DNA of 62,361 bases, the filler included, from Chiloscyllium plagiosum (Eukaryota), in NCBI RefSeq assembly GCF_004010195.1. It is 3 parts of one record of this genome, joined end to end, with 100 filler letters (N's around TTAATTAATTAA, not from the genome) between each part and the next. Parts side by side here need not be neighbours in the genome. Positions count along the whole stretch, not along the records: positions 1 to 30,718 come from NC_057713.1; 2 more parts are not named here. The stretch is one strand, 5' to 3'. This document shows, piece after piece, positions 1 to 11,980 of the stretch. The translations under genes and the position numbers were made by a program. Position 1 is the stretch's first letter, and every line of letters begins with the position of its first letter. The notes beneath the pieces were generated by a model. It was not told where the DNA came from and ran no database searches. It saw nothing but the letters and a program-made list of their open reading frames with translations.

Positions 1-746
1 ATACACTTAATGGTAAGGTCATTGGGAGTGTTGCTGAACAAAGAGACCTTGGAGTGCAGATTCATAGCTCTTTGAAAGTGGAGTCGCAGTTAGATAGGAT
101 AGTGAAGGCGGCATTTGGTATGCTTTCCTTTATTGGTCAGAGTATTGAGTACAGGAGTTGGGAGGTCATGTTGCGGCTGTACAGGACATTGGTTATGCCA
201 CTGTTGGAATACTGCGTGCAATTCTGGTGTCTTTCCTATCGGAAGGATGTTGTGAAACTTCAAAGGGTTCAGAAAAGATTTACAAGGATGTTGCCAGGGT
301 TGGAGGATTTGAGCTACAGGGAGAGGCTGAACAGGCTGGGGCTGTTTTCCCTGGAATGTCAGAGGCTGAGGGGTGATCTTATAGAGGTTTACAAAATTGA
401 GGGGCATGGAGAGGATAAATAGACAAAGTCTTTTCCCTGGGGTCGGGGAGTCCAGAACTCAAGGGTATACATTTAGGGTGAGAGGGGAAAGATATAAAAG
501 ATACCAAAGGGGCAATGTTTTCACGCAGAGGGTGGTAAGTGTTGGAATGAGCTGCCAGAGGATGTGATGGAGGCTGGTACAATTGCAACATTTAAGAGGC
601 ATTTGGATGGGTATATAAATAGGAAGGGTTTGGAGGGATATGGGCAGGATGCTGGCAGGTGGGACTAGATTGGGTTGGGATAACTGGTCGGCATTGACAG
701 GTTGGACCAAAGGATCTGTTTCCACGCTGTACATCTGTGACTCTAT
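1..746 (+). mobile_element. CR1-clade LINE 3' fragment (RT C-terminus + 3' UTR)
   Basis: ORF 54-422 has typical CR1 ORF2 C-terminal motifs (LYRTLVMPLLEYCVQFW; LRGDLIEVYKI); the 3' end reads ggatctgtttccacgctgtacatctgtgactctat. Confidence 0.9.
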
Positions 747-2722
747 TACCTCTATCAAGTCATCTCTCATCCTTCTTCACTCCAGTGAGAAAAGCTCTTG
801 CTCCCTCCTAGTTCATAAGACACATCCTCCTGTCCAGGAAGCATCCTGGTAAATCTCCTCTGCGCCCTCTCTGAAGCTTCCACATCTTGAGGCGATCAGA
901 ACTGAACACAATATTCCAAGTGTGGTCCACCTCGTGCTCTATAGATCTGCAGTATAATCTTGTGCCTCTTAAACTCAGTCCCCCTGTTAATGAAAGCCAA
1001 TACACCATATGCCTTCTTAACAACCCTGTCAACCCGAATGGCAACTTTGAGGCAGTCCTCCAGACTGCCAAAAATTCTGCCTTTAACTCTGTATTCTGCT
1101 TCAAGTTCGATCTTCCAAAGTGAATGATTCACACTTTTCCAGGTAGAACTCCACCTGCCATTTATCAGCCCAGTTCTGCTTCCTATCAATCTGCTGTTGC
1201 AACCTACGACAGCCTCCACAGTATCCACAGCTCCACCAACCTTGCTGTCATCAGCAAAATTACTAAAGCACCCTTCCACTTTCTCATCCAAATCATTTAT
1301 AAAAACCACAAAGAGCAAAGGTCCCAGAACCAATACCTGTAGAACACCACTGGTCACCGAGCTCCAGGCTGAATATTTGCCATTTGTCACTACCCTCTGT
1401 CTTCTATGGGCCAGCCAATTCTTCAGACAGAAAGCCTCCTCACTTTCTCAATGAGGGTACCATGGGTAACCTTATCAACCACCTTGCGAAAATTCATGTA
1501 CACCACATCCACTGCTCTTTCTTCATCAATGTACTTTGTCCCATCTTCAAAGACTTTAATAAGGTTTGTGAGGCCTGACCTACCCCTCACAAAGCCATGC
1601 TGACTATTTCAAACTATGGTTTTCCAAGTAATCATAGATCCTGTCTCTCAGAATCCTCACCATTACTTTGCTCACCACTGAGGTTAGACTGACTAGTTTG
1701 TAATTCCCAGAATTATCCCTATTCCCATTCTTGAACAAGGGAGTAACATTTGCCACCCTCTAATCATCTGGCACAGTGTACAGTGAGGTCGCAAAGATTA
1801 TCGCCAAAGATTATCACAACAATCTCTTCCCTCACTTCCTGTAATAATCTAGGGCATATTCTGTCTGACCCAGGGGTTATCTGTTCTAATGATTTTCAAA
1901 ATTTTCAGCACATCCTCCTTCCTAACATCAACCTGCTCTCGCACATCAGTCTGTTTCACAGTGTCCTCACAAACGTCAAGTTCTCTTTCAGTAATGAAAA
2001 CTGAAGCAAAATATTCATTAAGGATCTCCCCTACTTCCTCTGACTCCAGATGGAAGTTCCCTCCACTAACTCTGATCAGCCCTACCCTCACTCTGTTCAG
2101 CCTCTTGTTCCTCACATTGTATAGAATGCCTTAGAGTTTCTTTCATCCTACCAGCTAAATCTTTTTCATGCCCCCTTTTAGCTCTCCTAAGTCCATTCTT
2201 CAGTTCCTTCCTGGCTACCTTGTAACTCTCTAAAGCACTGTCTGATCATTTCCCCCTCAACATCAAGTAAACTTCCTTCTTCCTCTTGACTGGATGTTTC
2301 ACATCCCTTCTCACCCAAGGTTCTATCAATCTACCATCCATTCCTTGCCTCAGTGGGACAAACCTGTCCAGCAGTATGAGCAAGTACTTTTTAAAAAAAC
2401 CTCCACATTTCCCTGAGAACATGTGTTCCCAATTTAGGTGCCCCAGATCCTGCCTAATACCAATGTAATTTCACTTCCCTCAATTAAATGCTTTCCTATA
2501 TCATCTGCTCCTATCCCTCTCTATATGTATAGTAAAGATTAGGGAGTTGTGATCATTATCACCAAAGAGCTCTCCCACCGAGAGATCTGACACCTGGCAT
2601 GGAGTGTTGCCAAGCACTAAATCCAATATGCCCCCACCCCCAGTCGGTCTATCTACATACTGAGTCAGGAACCCTTCCTGGACACAACTAACAAAAACTG
2701 CTCCATCCAAACTATTTGAACT
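747..2722 (-). mobile_element. Decayed CR1 LINE ORF2 fragment (EN C-term, linker, RT)
   Basis: Minus-strand ORFs carry LGPLLFVVFINDL..FADDSK (RT), ILNEYFASVF (linker) and LDLVLGN..FGDNDHN (EN); many stops and frameshifts. Confidence 0.9.
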
Positions 2723-2725
2723 AAC

Positions 2726-4893
2726 CAACAAAGAACAAAAAGTTACAGCACATGAACTAGCCCTTCAGCCCTCCAAGTCTGCACTGATCCAGATCCTCTA
2801 TCTAAACCTATCATCCATTTTCTAAGGATCTGTATCCCTCTGCTCCCTGCCCATTCATGTATCTGTCTAGATACATCTTAAATGACGCTATCATTCCCAC
2901 TTCTACCACCTCCACTGGCAACGCGTTCCAGCACTCACCACCCTCTAAGTAAAGAACTTTCCATGCCTATCTCCCTTAAAATGTTTCCCTCTCGCTTTGA
3001 ACTCATGACCCCTACTCTGGGAAAAAGCTTCTTGCTGTCCACACTGTCATGATTTTGTAGACCTAAATCAGATTCCCTCTCAACCTTGGTCTTTCTAATG
3101 AAAATAATCCTAATCTACTCAACCTGTCTTCAAAGCTGGCACCCTCCATACCAGGCAACATCCTGGTGAACTTCCTCTGCACTATCTCCAAAGCATCCAT
3201 GTCCGCTTGGTAATATGGTGATCATAACTGTATGCAGTATTCCAAATGTAGCTGAATCAAAGTCTTATATAACTGCAACATGACCTGCCAACTTTGTACT
3301 CAATAACCCGCCCAACGAAGGAAAGTATGCCATATGTCCTCTTGACCACTCTATCGACCTGTGTTGCTACCTTCAGGGTACAATGGACCTGAACTTCCAG
3401 ATCTCTCTGTATTTCAACTCTCCCCAAGACTTTGCCACATACTGTATAGTTCACTCTGGAATTTGATTTCCAAAATGCATTTGTCCGGATTGAACTCCAT
3501 TTGCCATTTTTCCGCCCGTCTCTCCAATCTATCTATATTCTGTTATATTCTCTGACAGCCCCCTTCACTATCTGCTACTCCACCAATCTTAGTGTCATCT
3601 GCAAACTTGCTAATCAGACCACCTATAATCTTCCTCCAGATCACTTATGTATATCACAAACACATTGGTTCCAGCACGGGTCACAGTTCTCCATTTTGAC
3701 GAACTCCCTTCCAATACTACTCTGTCCCCTGTTGCCCAGACAGCTCTTTATTCGTCTTGCTAGTACACCATGGATCCCATGAAACTTCACTTTCTCCATC
3801 AGCCTACCATGGGGAATCATATCAAATGCCTTACTGAAGTCCATGTATATGACATCCATAACCCTATCCTCATCGATCAACTTTGTCACTCCCTCAAAGA
3901 ATTCAAATAAGTAAGACATGACCTTCCCTGCACGAAACCGTGTTACCTATCACTGATAAGCCCATTTTTTTTCCAAATTGGAATAGATCCTATCCATCTG
4001 TATCTTCTCCAGTAGCTTCTTTACCATTGACGTCAGGCTCACCGGTCTATAATTACCTGGATTATTCCTGCTACCCTTCTCAAACAAAGGGACAACATTA
4101 GCAATTTTCCAGTCCCCAGGATCTCACCCATGTTCAAGGATGCTGCAAAGATATATGTTAAGGTCCTCTCTTGCTTCCCTCAGTAACCTGGGGTAGATCC
4201 CACCCAGACCTGCAGACTTGTCCACCTTAATGCCTTTGAGAATACTTAATACTTTGTCTCAACCTAGAATTATCAAACATCTATGCCTAACCTCAACATC
4301 GGTCATGTCCTTATCCTCGGTGAATGCCACTGCAAAGTACTCATTAAGAATCTCACCCATTTTCTCTGACTCCATGCATAACTTTCCTCCTTTATCCTTG
4401 AATGGACCAACCCTTTCTCCATATATATGAATAAAAGGCTTTGGGATTTTCCTTAATATTAGAGACGTTTAAGTCAACCATGACAACAACCCTGTTACTT
4501 TTGCACCTTTCCATAATCTGCCCCCCAATCTGCTCCTCTGTGTCTCTGTTGCTATTGGGGAGCCTATAGAAGACTCCCAATAAAGTGACTGCTCGTTTTC
4601 TCTTTCTGACTTCCACCCATACTGACTCTGTACACAAACCCTCCTCGACAATCTCCCTTTCTTCAGCTGTGATACTGTCCCTGATTAGCAATGCCACTCC
4701 TCTACCTCTTTTATTTTCCCCCCATTTCATTTGATCATCTAAACCCTGGAACATCCAACAACATACCTGCCCCTGTGATATCCAAGTCACTAGTAATGGC
4801 CACTACATCATAGTTCCAACTACTGATCCATGCTCTGAGTTTGTCACCCTTATTTCTGATACTTCTTGCATTAAAATAGACACACTTCAACCC
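2726..4893 (-). mobile_element. Decayed CR1 LINE (EN to 3' end, internally deleted)
   Basis: DVIYMDFSKAFD (RT) and GVALLI..ESVWVE..GVFYR (APE EN); the 3' tail at ~2726 is the same type as at 10080-10154 and 56884. Confidence 0.9.
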
Positions 4894-5124
4894 ATGGAGT
4901 CACAGTGGGACCAGCAAAGGTATAGAAACCTTCAGAATTATGAGTTCTAGGGACAAAATAGATGTGATAGTTGTAATATAAAATGGCTTGACTGAAATGA
5001 GATAAAAGGGACAACATAAAAAAGCATGTGAAAAGAGCGAGTGACGTTTCAGGCCGTTAACTGACAGAAATCTGTGCCTAGTGGAATTTAGACACTGCAT
5101 TTGACCATTGTATGTTTGGTATGG

Positions 5125-5406
5125 CCTCACAGCGCCAGAGACCCGGGTTCAATTCCCGCCTCAGGCAACTGACTGTGTGAAGTTTGCGCATTCTCCCCGT
5201 GTCTGCGTAGGTTTCCTCTGGGTGCTCCGGTTTCCTCCCACAATCCAAAAAAGTGCAGGTCAGGTGAATTGGCCATGCTAAATTGCCAATTAGTGTTAGG
5301 TGCAGGGGTAAACATAGGGGAATGGGTCTGGGTGGGTGCGCTTCGGCGGGTCAGTGTGAACATGTTGGGCCGAAGGGCCTGTTTCCACACTAAGTAATCT
5401 AATCTA
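5125..5406 (+). mobile_element. HE1-type tRNA-derived SINE (5' slightly truncated)
   Basis: B box GGTTCAATTCC, central gtgtctgcgtaggtttcc...ggccatgctaaattgcc domain, CR1-like tail ttgggccgaagggcctgtttcc and (TAATC)n end. Confidence 0.9.
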
Positions 5407-5504
5407 AAAAGTCATATACCTGAGAGCTCCTTATGAAGGCATGATGATGTTAGCCTTGAGAAACGTCCATGCCACACTGTGTCAGGACATAACATTCAGC
5501 TGAT

Positions 5505-6084
5505 TTTTATTCATTCATGGGACATGGAGATAACTGGCTGGACAAAATTTATTGCCGTTAAGAAGGTGATGGTGAGCAACGTTTTGAACCACTGTCATCC
5601 CTTTTGTTTACACTCACAATACTGTTAGGGAGGAAGTTCCAGCATTTTGAGCCATCAACATTGAATGAATGGGAATATGATTCCTAGTCAGGATGGTGAG
5701 TGGCTTGGGGGACCTTACAAGAGGAGGTGTCCTTATGTATTTGCTGCCCTTGTTCTTCTAGATGGTAATGGTTGTGAGTTTGGAAGGAGTCAAAGAATCT
5801 TGGTGAATTTCTATCGGGCATTGTAGGTAAGACATTACTGCAACTGAGTGTTGATTGTTGAAGCACTAAGTGAATGTTGACGTTGTACCAATAAAGCTTT
5901 ATTCAGAAGGTGCCAAGCTTTTTTAGCATTCATCAGGCAAGTGGAGAGTCCTCCAACACACTCTTGACAGGTTTTGCAGAATCAGGAGCAGAATTACTCA
6001 CTGCAAGATTCCCAGCATCTGACCTGCTCATGTAGCCATAATACCTATATGTGACTAGTCCAGAACAATTTCTAGTCAATGGTT
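5505..6084 (-). mobile_element. 3' end of second LINE lineage (decayed)
   Basis: The ttattcattcatggga...ctggctgg...tttattgcc 3' end recurs at 59712 and 61775, and on + near 48230-48285. Confidence 0.65.
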
Positions 6085-6921
6085 TGCCCTATTATAGGAA
6101 AGATGTGGATGCTTTGGAGAGGGTTCAGAGGAGGTTTACCAGGATGCTGCCTGGACTGGAGGGCTTATCTTATGAAGAGAGGTTGACTGAGCTCGGACTT
6201 TTTTCATTGGAGAAAAGGAGGAGGAGAGGGGACCTAATTGAGGTATACAAGGTAATGAGAGGCATAGATAGAGTCGATAGCCAGAGACTATTTCCCAGGG
6301 CAGAAATGACTAACATGAGGGGTCATAGTTTTAAGCTGGTTGGAGGAAAGTATAGAGGGGATATCAGAGGCGAGTTTTTTACACAGAGAGTTGTGAGAGC
6401 ATGGAATGCGTTGCCAGCAGCAGTTGTGGAGGCAGGGTCATTGGGGACATTTAAGAGACTCCTGGACATGCATATGGTCACGGAAATTTGTGGGTGCATT
6501 CATGAGGATCAGTGGTCGGCACAACATCGTGGGCTGAAGGGCCTGTCCTGCGCTGTACTGTTCTATGTTCTATGTATCTGCTGCCCTTGTTCTTCTAGAT
6601 GGTAATGGTTGTGAGTTTGGAAGGAGTCAAAGAATCTTGGTGAATTTCTATCGGGCATTGTAGGTAAGACATTACTGCAACTGAGTGTTGATTGTTGAAG
6701 CACTAAGTGAATGTTGACGTTGTACCAATAAAGCTTTATTCAGAAGGTGCCAAGCTTTTTTAGCATTCATCAGGCAAGTGGAGAGTCCTCCAACACACTC
6801 TTGACAGGTTTTGCAGAATCAGGAGCAGAATTACTCACTGCAAGATTCCCAGCATCTGACCTGCTCATGTAGCCATAATACCTATATGTGACTAGTCCAG
6901 AACAATTTCTAGTCAATGGTT
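5734..6921 (+). repeat. 351-bp direct repeat (5734-6084 and 6571-6921) flanking a CR1 insert
   Basis: Both copies read tatgtat(t/c)tgctgcccttg...tctagtcaatggtt with offset 837; only one mismatch found by eye. Confidence 0.95.
6085..6573 (+). mobile_element. Young 5'-truncated CR1 LINE
   Basis: Uninterrupted reading frame (PYYRKDVDALERVQRRFTRMLPGL...FFTQRVVRAWNALP) and TTCTATG tail repeats. Confidence 0.93.
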
Positions 6922-6924
6922 AAG

Positions 6925-7990
6925 GATATGAGGGCAGGAGAAGTGGTAAGATAGGATTTATTAAGGAGGCACAGATGAATGTTGATGACCAGGGTTTATA
7001 GCCTTCATGTAGTTATCCACAAATGTCAGGATGGCAAAGTCACAGAAGATTGAGGTAAAGCTGGTCCATCATCTCAGAGCTTCGGGATGAGGACTTATGC
7101 CATGGAGTTACATGTACCTAAGAACAGTGAAAAGCTGTGTTTTGTGAGCAGTACAGGCAGATCACAGAAAACTAGGATAGACATAGGGTGCTTAGATTGA
7201 ATAAGGCATACAAGGCTACAACCTCACAGGAGGTGCACAAAGCAAGATCAGCACTATTTGAAGTTAGAGAGTCCATTCATCAGTCTAATAGTAGCAGGAG
7301 ACAAAAGGTTTGATTGATTACAGTAGAAGCAGGAGGTAAGAGTATTAAGTAGTCATACATGAGCAGAAACTTGGTGATGTGCCCCAGTGGGTGAATAGGA
7401 AATGCAGAGGCCAGAAACTGTTCATATATTTTGAGGATGAGGTAGATATGAGCCCATGAGTGGTCATAATGCATGTAATGCTGAGAATTGTAGTCCATTA
7501 GCTGTGGAGAGATATGTATGCAGTGGCAGAATTAATGATTGCTTTAAGAGTATGAGGTAGTAGACAGAATATGGTGTCACCTACACTTATTATATAGGAA
7601 TTATTTACCTTTTTCTGCACTGCTGGTCAATCCCTTTTCACATTGGGAGATAGCACTGACCATGCCAAGGCTCAATGTCTCTGATGGGGTGAACTTCTGT
7701 TACAGCTAGCGAGGAAGGAATGTGACAATCTCACCATCACTTCCAGCTCTCTTTCTGTGAAGCAGGGAGCTCAATTATGTCTTTATCCTTTGCATTATTG
7801 TGAGAATCACAATGTGAAGACCAGTTACTGACTTGCAGCATTGAAAGTAGTGTGCACTGGGCTCTAAGCATGACAACAGATCCTTAGAAGCTGAAGGTCA
7901 CAGCAGCAGTGTGCATTCCCGTCACAGTTGGAATATAATGTGAAATGAATATAGTTGGATGAGGTGACACACTCTGGACTATGGCAGAAC
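6925..7990 (-). mobile_element. Possible ancient L2/CR1-group LINE remnant
   Basis: Degenerate YADDT-like codons on minus near 7572-7590 (ggtgtcacctaca); otherwise highly decayed. Confidence 0.35.
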
Positions 7991-8369
7991 AGGTGTCATG
8001 AAACTTACTCACGACTATTCTGTAACAACAAATGGGAAAAATCACAGGCACCATGTTTATTTTTTAGTGTCTTCATTTTCACTTGTTAAATATGATATAT
8101 AAGCCATCCAGTCCATTAATATACTGCTCCAAATTATTTGGAATACATTTTAATGAAATACAAAACAAGTGAAACCACTAAACATATTTGAATGAAATGC
8201 CACAGTAACTAAAGCAGCAGCTCCATTCCAACAGTTTGTAAAGAGAGATATTTACATCAATCCTCTGACTTTCTGCAAGATCTTGAAATTTCATAATATA
8301 TGATAATCACTTTTATTAAGAAGCTGTGTAAATATTTATGGGTCCTCTCAAATGATTGAAGTGCTGAAA

Positions 8370-10682
8370 TGTTATGGAACGGCTTTTGATTTTTTTCAGA
8401 TTTTTGTTGCTGTTGGGACAACATTGTGCTATTAAGAGATGTATTCTATCCTGTTTTATTTGTAGAGGGGTGTTGTGGTGCTGGAAGGTTTCCCTCAGAC
8501 AAACAGTTGGTAAACAGCTTTGACTTCTACCTGGGAGTTTTGCTTAGAAGTGAGTCGGTACTCACCGAGGAGAGGAACATGACAGATGTTGAGATTAGGC
8601 ATAGATGTTTGATTTCTCTAGGTCAAGTTGGCATAAGGAGGGAGGAAGTGTTGGGTATTCTAAAATGCATTAAAGTGGAAAAGTACCCAGGTTCAGATGC
8701 AATGTATCCCAGGGTTACTGAGGGAAGCAAGACAGGAAATAGCTGGGGCCTTAACAAATTCCTTTGCAGCATCCTTGAACATGAGTGAGGTCCCAGAGGA
8801 CTGAATAATTGCTAACGTTGACCCTTTGTTTAAGGGTAGCAGGAATAATCCAGGTAATTCTAGACTAGTGAGCCTGACGTCAGTGGTAGGGAAGTTGCTA
8901 GAGAAGATACTGAGGGATAGGATCTACTTATATTTGGAAAATAATCGGCTTATCAGTGATAGGCAGCATAGTTTTATGCAGAGAAGATCATGTCTTACCA
9001 ACTTAATAAAATTATTTGAAGAAGTGACAAAATTGATTGATGAGGGAAGGGCTGTAGATGTCATACATATGGTCTTCAGTAAGGCATTTGATATGGTTCC
9101 ACATGGTAGGCTGATGGAGAAGGTGAAGTTACATGAGGTCCAGGGTGTACTAGCAAGATGGATAGAGAACTGGTTGGGCTGCAAAGGTCCGAAGTAGTGG
9201 AAAGGAGTTTCTTAAAATGGAGAACTGCAACCAGTGTTGTTCAAAAGGGATCTGTGTTGGGACCACTGTTGTTTGTGATATACATTAAATGATCTGGAGG
9301 AAGGTATAGGTGGTCTGATTAGCAAGTTTGGGCAAATTGCAGATAGTGAAAGGGACTGTTACAGAATGCATCAGAATATAGATAGATTGGAGAGTTGAGC
9401 AGAGAAATGGCAGTTGAATTTCAATCTAAGCAAATGCGAGGTGATGCATTAATTGATGTATAGAGAGATCTGGGTGTTCAGGTTCATTGTACCCTGAAGG
9501 TGGCAATGCAGGTCAATAGAGTGTCAAGAAGGCATACGGCACACTTTTATTCATTGGACAGGGTACTAAGTACAAGAATTGGCAGGTCATATTACAGTTG
9601 TATAGGACTTTGGTTCGGCCACTTTTGGAATACTGCGTTCTAGTTACCACATTACCAAAAGGATGTGGATGCTTTGGAGAGGGTGCAGAGGAGGTTCACC
9701 AGGATGTTGCCTGGTGTGGAGGATGCAAGCTATGAAGAGAGGTTGAGTAGATTAGGATTATTTTCATTAGAAAGATCGAGGTTGAGGGGGGACCTGATTG
9801 AGGTCTACAAAATCATGTGAGATATAGACACGGTGGATAACAAGAAGCTTTTTCCCAGAATGGGGGACTCAATTACTTGGGGTCATGAGTTCAAGGTGAG
9901 AGGGGAAAAGTTTAAAGGAGTTGTGCATTGAAAGTTCTTTGCTTGAAGGTGGTAGGTGCCTGGAACATGTTGCCAGCAGAGATGGTAGAGGCAGGCATGA
10001 TAGCATCATTTAAGATGGGGACAGATGAATGGGCAGGGAGCAGGGGGATACAAATCTTTAGAAAATAGGCGACAGGCTTAGATAAAGGATTTGGATCAGC
10101 GCAGACTTGGAGGGCTGAAGGGCCTGTTCTTGTGCTGTAATTGTCTTTGCTCTTTGAGTCAAAAGAATCATGAGTAGGCAGGGTCAGGCTAACAGACCTG
10201 AAAGGATTTTGGTTTTGCTTTCAGTTAGTTGGTAGTTTTTGCTGTGTTGTAGCTGAAAGCTTGAGTTCTCTGGTGCTAGCATGAAGTCCTAGAAAGAGGC
10301 TTCCGTTGAAGACACAAATAAAACGAAAAGATCAGATTGGTTCTTTCTACTGGAAAAGAGAGATATTATTCTTGCATGCTAACTGTTTTCCTGAAATACC
10401 TTTGCTAAAAGTATGCTTAAGGGATGCTGCCTATACTGGAACAGTTGATAACTAGTGATTAAATAATACGGTACCTTAAGTATATCAATAGAGCAAAGTT
10501 ATGCCAATTCTTCTTTATTCTTAGAGTTAAAATACAAAAAGTAGGTTTTGAGTTTGGTGGTGGACCAGTCAAATCACATATAGAATGCAGCTCCTTTCAC
10601 TTATGTGTTTTCACGTTAACCTTGACCCTATCTCCATAATAGACCTGGAGAAGGGTGTGTCTGACTGGTCTGGTCCATAACA
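8370..10682. mobile_element. Candidate solo LTR (~710 bp) interrupted by a CR1
   Basis: Inverted termini TGTTATGGA (8370) ... TCCATAACA (10682), TG..CA ends; no matching TSD seen. Confidence 0.5.
8557..10154 (+). mobile_element. 5'-truncated CR1 LINE with 6-bp TSD
   Basis: RT motifs LVSLTSVVGKLLEKIL, SCLTNLI, VFSKAFD; TGAGTC at 8551-8556 and 10155-10160. Confidence 0.9.
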
Positions 10683-11035
10683 CTATTGTGAACATTCAGA
10701 ATTGTTGATCAAAATAATTTCTTTTCTAATGTATTCCATCATATCTGGTAGAGTATGACTTACACCTAAACACCAATGGAACTTTATTCAATAGAGGCAG
10801 CATCAACATCAGTCTATTTTGGTTGCCAATTACACAAAGAGGCAGAAAAATGGGCTGTTTTTTATTTGCAGGATGTGCACCTGGTAAAACCAAAATTAAA
10901 TCTGAGAAACTTGAAATAATCATGAGCAAAATATTATGAACGCAGTCTAGAAACACTCAGTAAGTCAGGCAGAGCTTATGGAAAGAGAAATAGAATTAAG
11001 GGGCATGATATTCATGAGAGGCAGTAGTATAAACT

Positions 11036-11341
11036 AGATTCCCTACAGTATGGAAATAGGCCCTTCAGCCCAACAAGTCCACACTGATCCTCCATAGAGT
11101 AACCCATCCAGACCTATTCCCCCACCCTACATTTACCCCTCACTAATTCACCTAACACTATGGGGCAATTTAGCATGGCCAATTCACCTGATCTGGAAGG
11201 AAACCAGAGCACCCTAAGGAAACTCACGCAGACACGAGGAGAATGTGCAAACACCACACAGACAGTGGCTTGCGGTGGAAATTAAACCCGACTCCCTGGC
11301 ACGGAGGCAGCAGTGCTAACCACTGAGCCACAGTGCCACCC
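11036..11341 (-). mobile_element. HE1-type SINE
   Basis: Reverse complement of the tRNA head (gcagcagtgctaaccactgagcc) and tail (ggcccttcagcccaac). Confidence 0.9.
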
Positions 11342-11673
11342 AGTGAGGCAGGACTAGGGACATGGAGGTCTGGCCAATTCAAATGAAAGGACATAGAGGC
11401 TGTCAGCTCACAAGAGCTAAATGCCTTTCAAAACTCCTAGTAGGCTAGAAATGCAGAAATGCTTCCCCATAACCCTGAAAGTAATTTCAGGCTCATCCAG
11501 CCCTAATTCCCAACATCTCTCCAGCTATTCTGACTGTGGATCTTTCCTCCCTTCTGATTGCTGGAACCATCCCTTAGCATCCTTGTTATGACCTTAGGCC
11601 ATTGCTTTTACACCCACCCACAGGCCAAATCATTCTCTTGGAGGGCTGTGACGTGGGAAATGGATCCACGTGT

Positions 11674-11891
11674 GGGCAGCACAGTGGCACAGTGGTTAGC
11701 ACTGCTGCCTCACAGCGCCAGAGACCCGGGTTCAATTCCCACCTAAGGCGACTGTCTGTCTGTGTGGAGTTTGCACATTCTCCCTGTGTCTGCGTGGGTT
11801 TGCTCCGGTTGCCTCCCACAGTCCAAAGATGTGCAGGTCAGATGAATTGGCCATGCTAAATTGCCCATAGTGTTAGGTAAGAGGTAAATGT
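11674..11891 (+). mobile_element. HE1-type SINE, 3'-truncated
   Basis: A box TGGCACAGTGG, B box GGTTCAATTCC and central domain; tail missing. Confidence 0.9.
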
Positions 11892-11980
11892 GCAAACTCC
11901 ACACAGACAGTTGCCTGATGCGGGAATTGAACCCAAGTCTCTGGTGCTGTGAGGCAGCAGTGCTAACCACTGTGCCACCC
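11887..11980 (-). mobile_element. HE1-type SINE 5' head only
   Basis: Reverse complement of the head: ggaattgaacc...gcagcagtgctaaccactgtgcc. Confidence 0.9.

Noticed and set aside
6051..6605. 184-aa open ORF as a host or domesticated gene
   Set aside because: It is the C-terminus of a young truncated CR1 ORF2 with chance flanking codons.
11674..11745. SINE heads as true tRNA genes
   Set aside because: They are embedded in SINE bodies and lack a proper acceptor stem and terminator.
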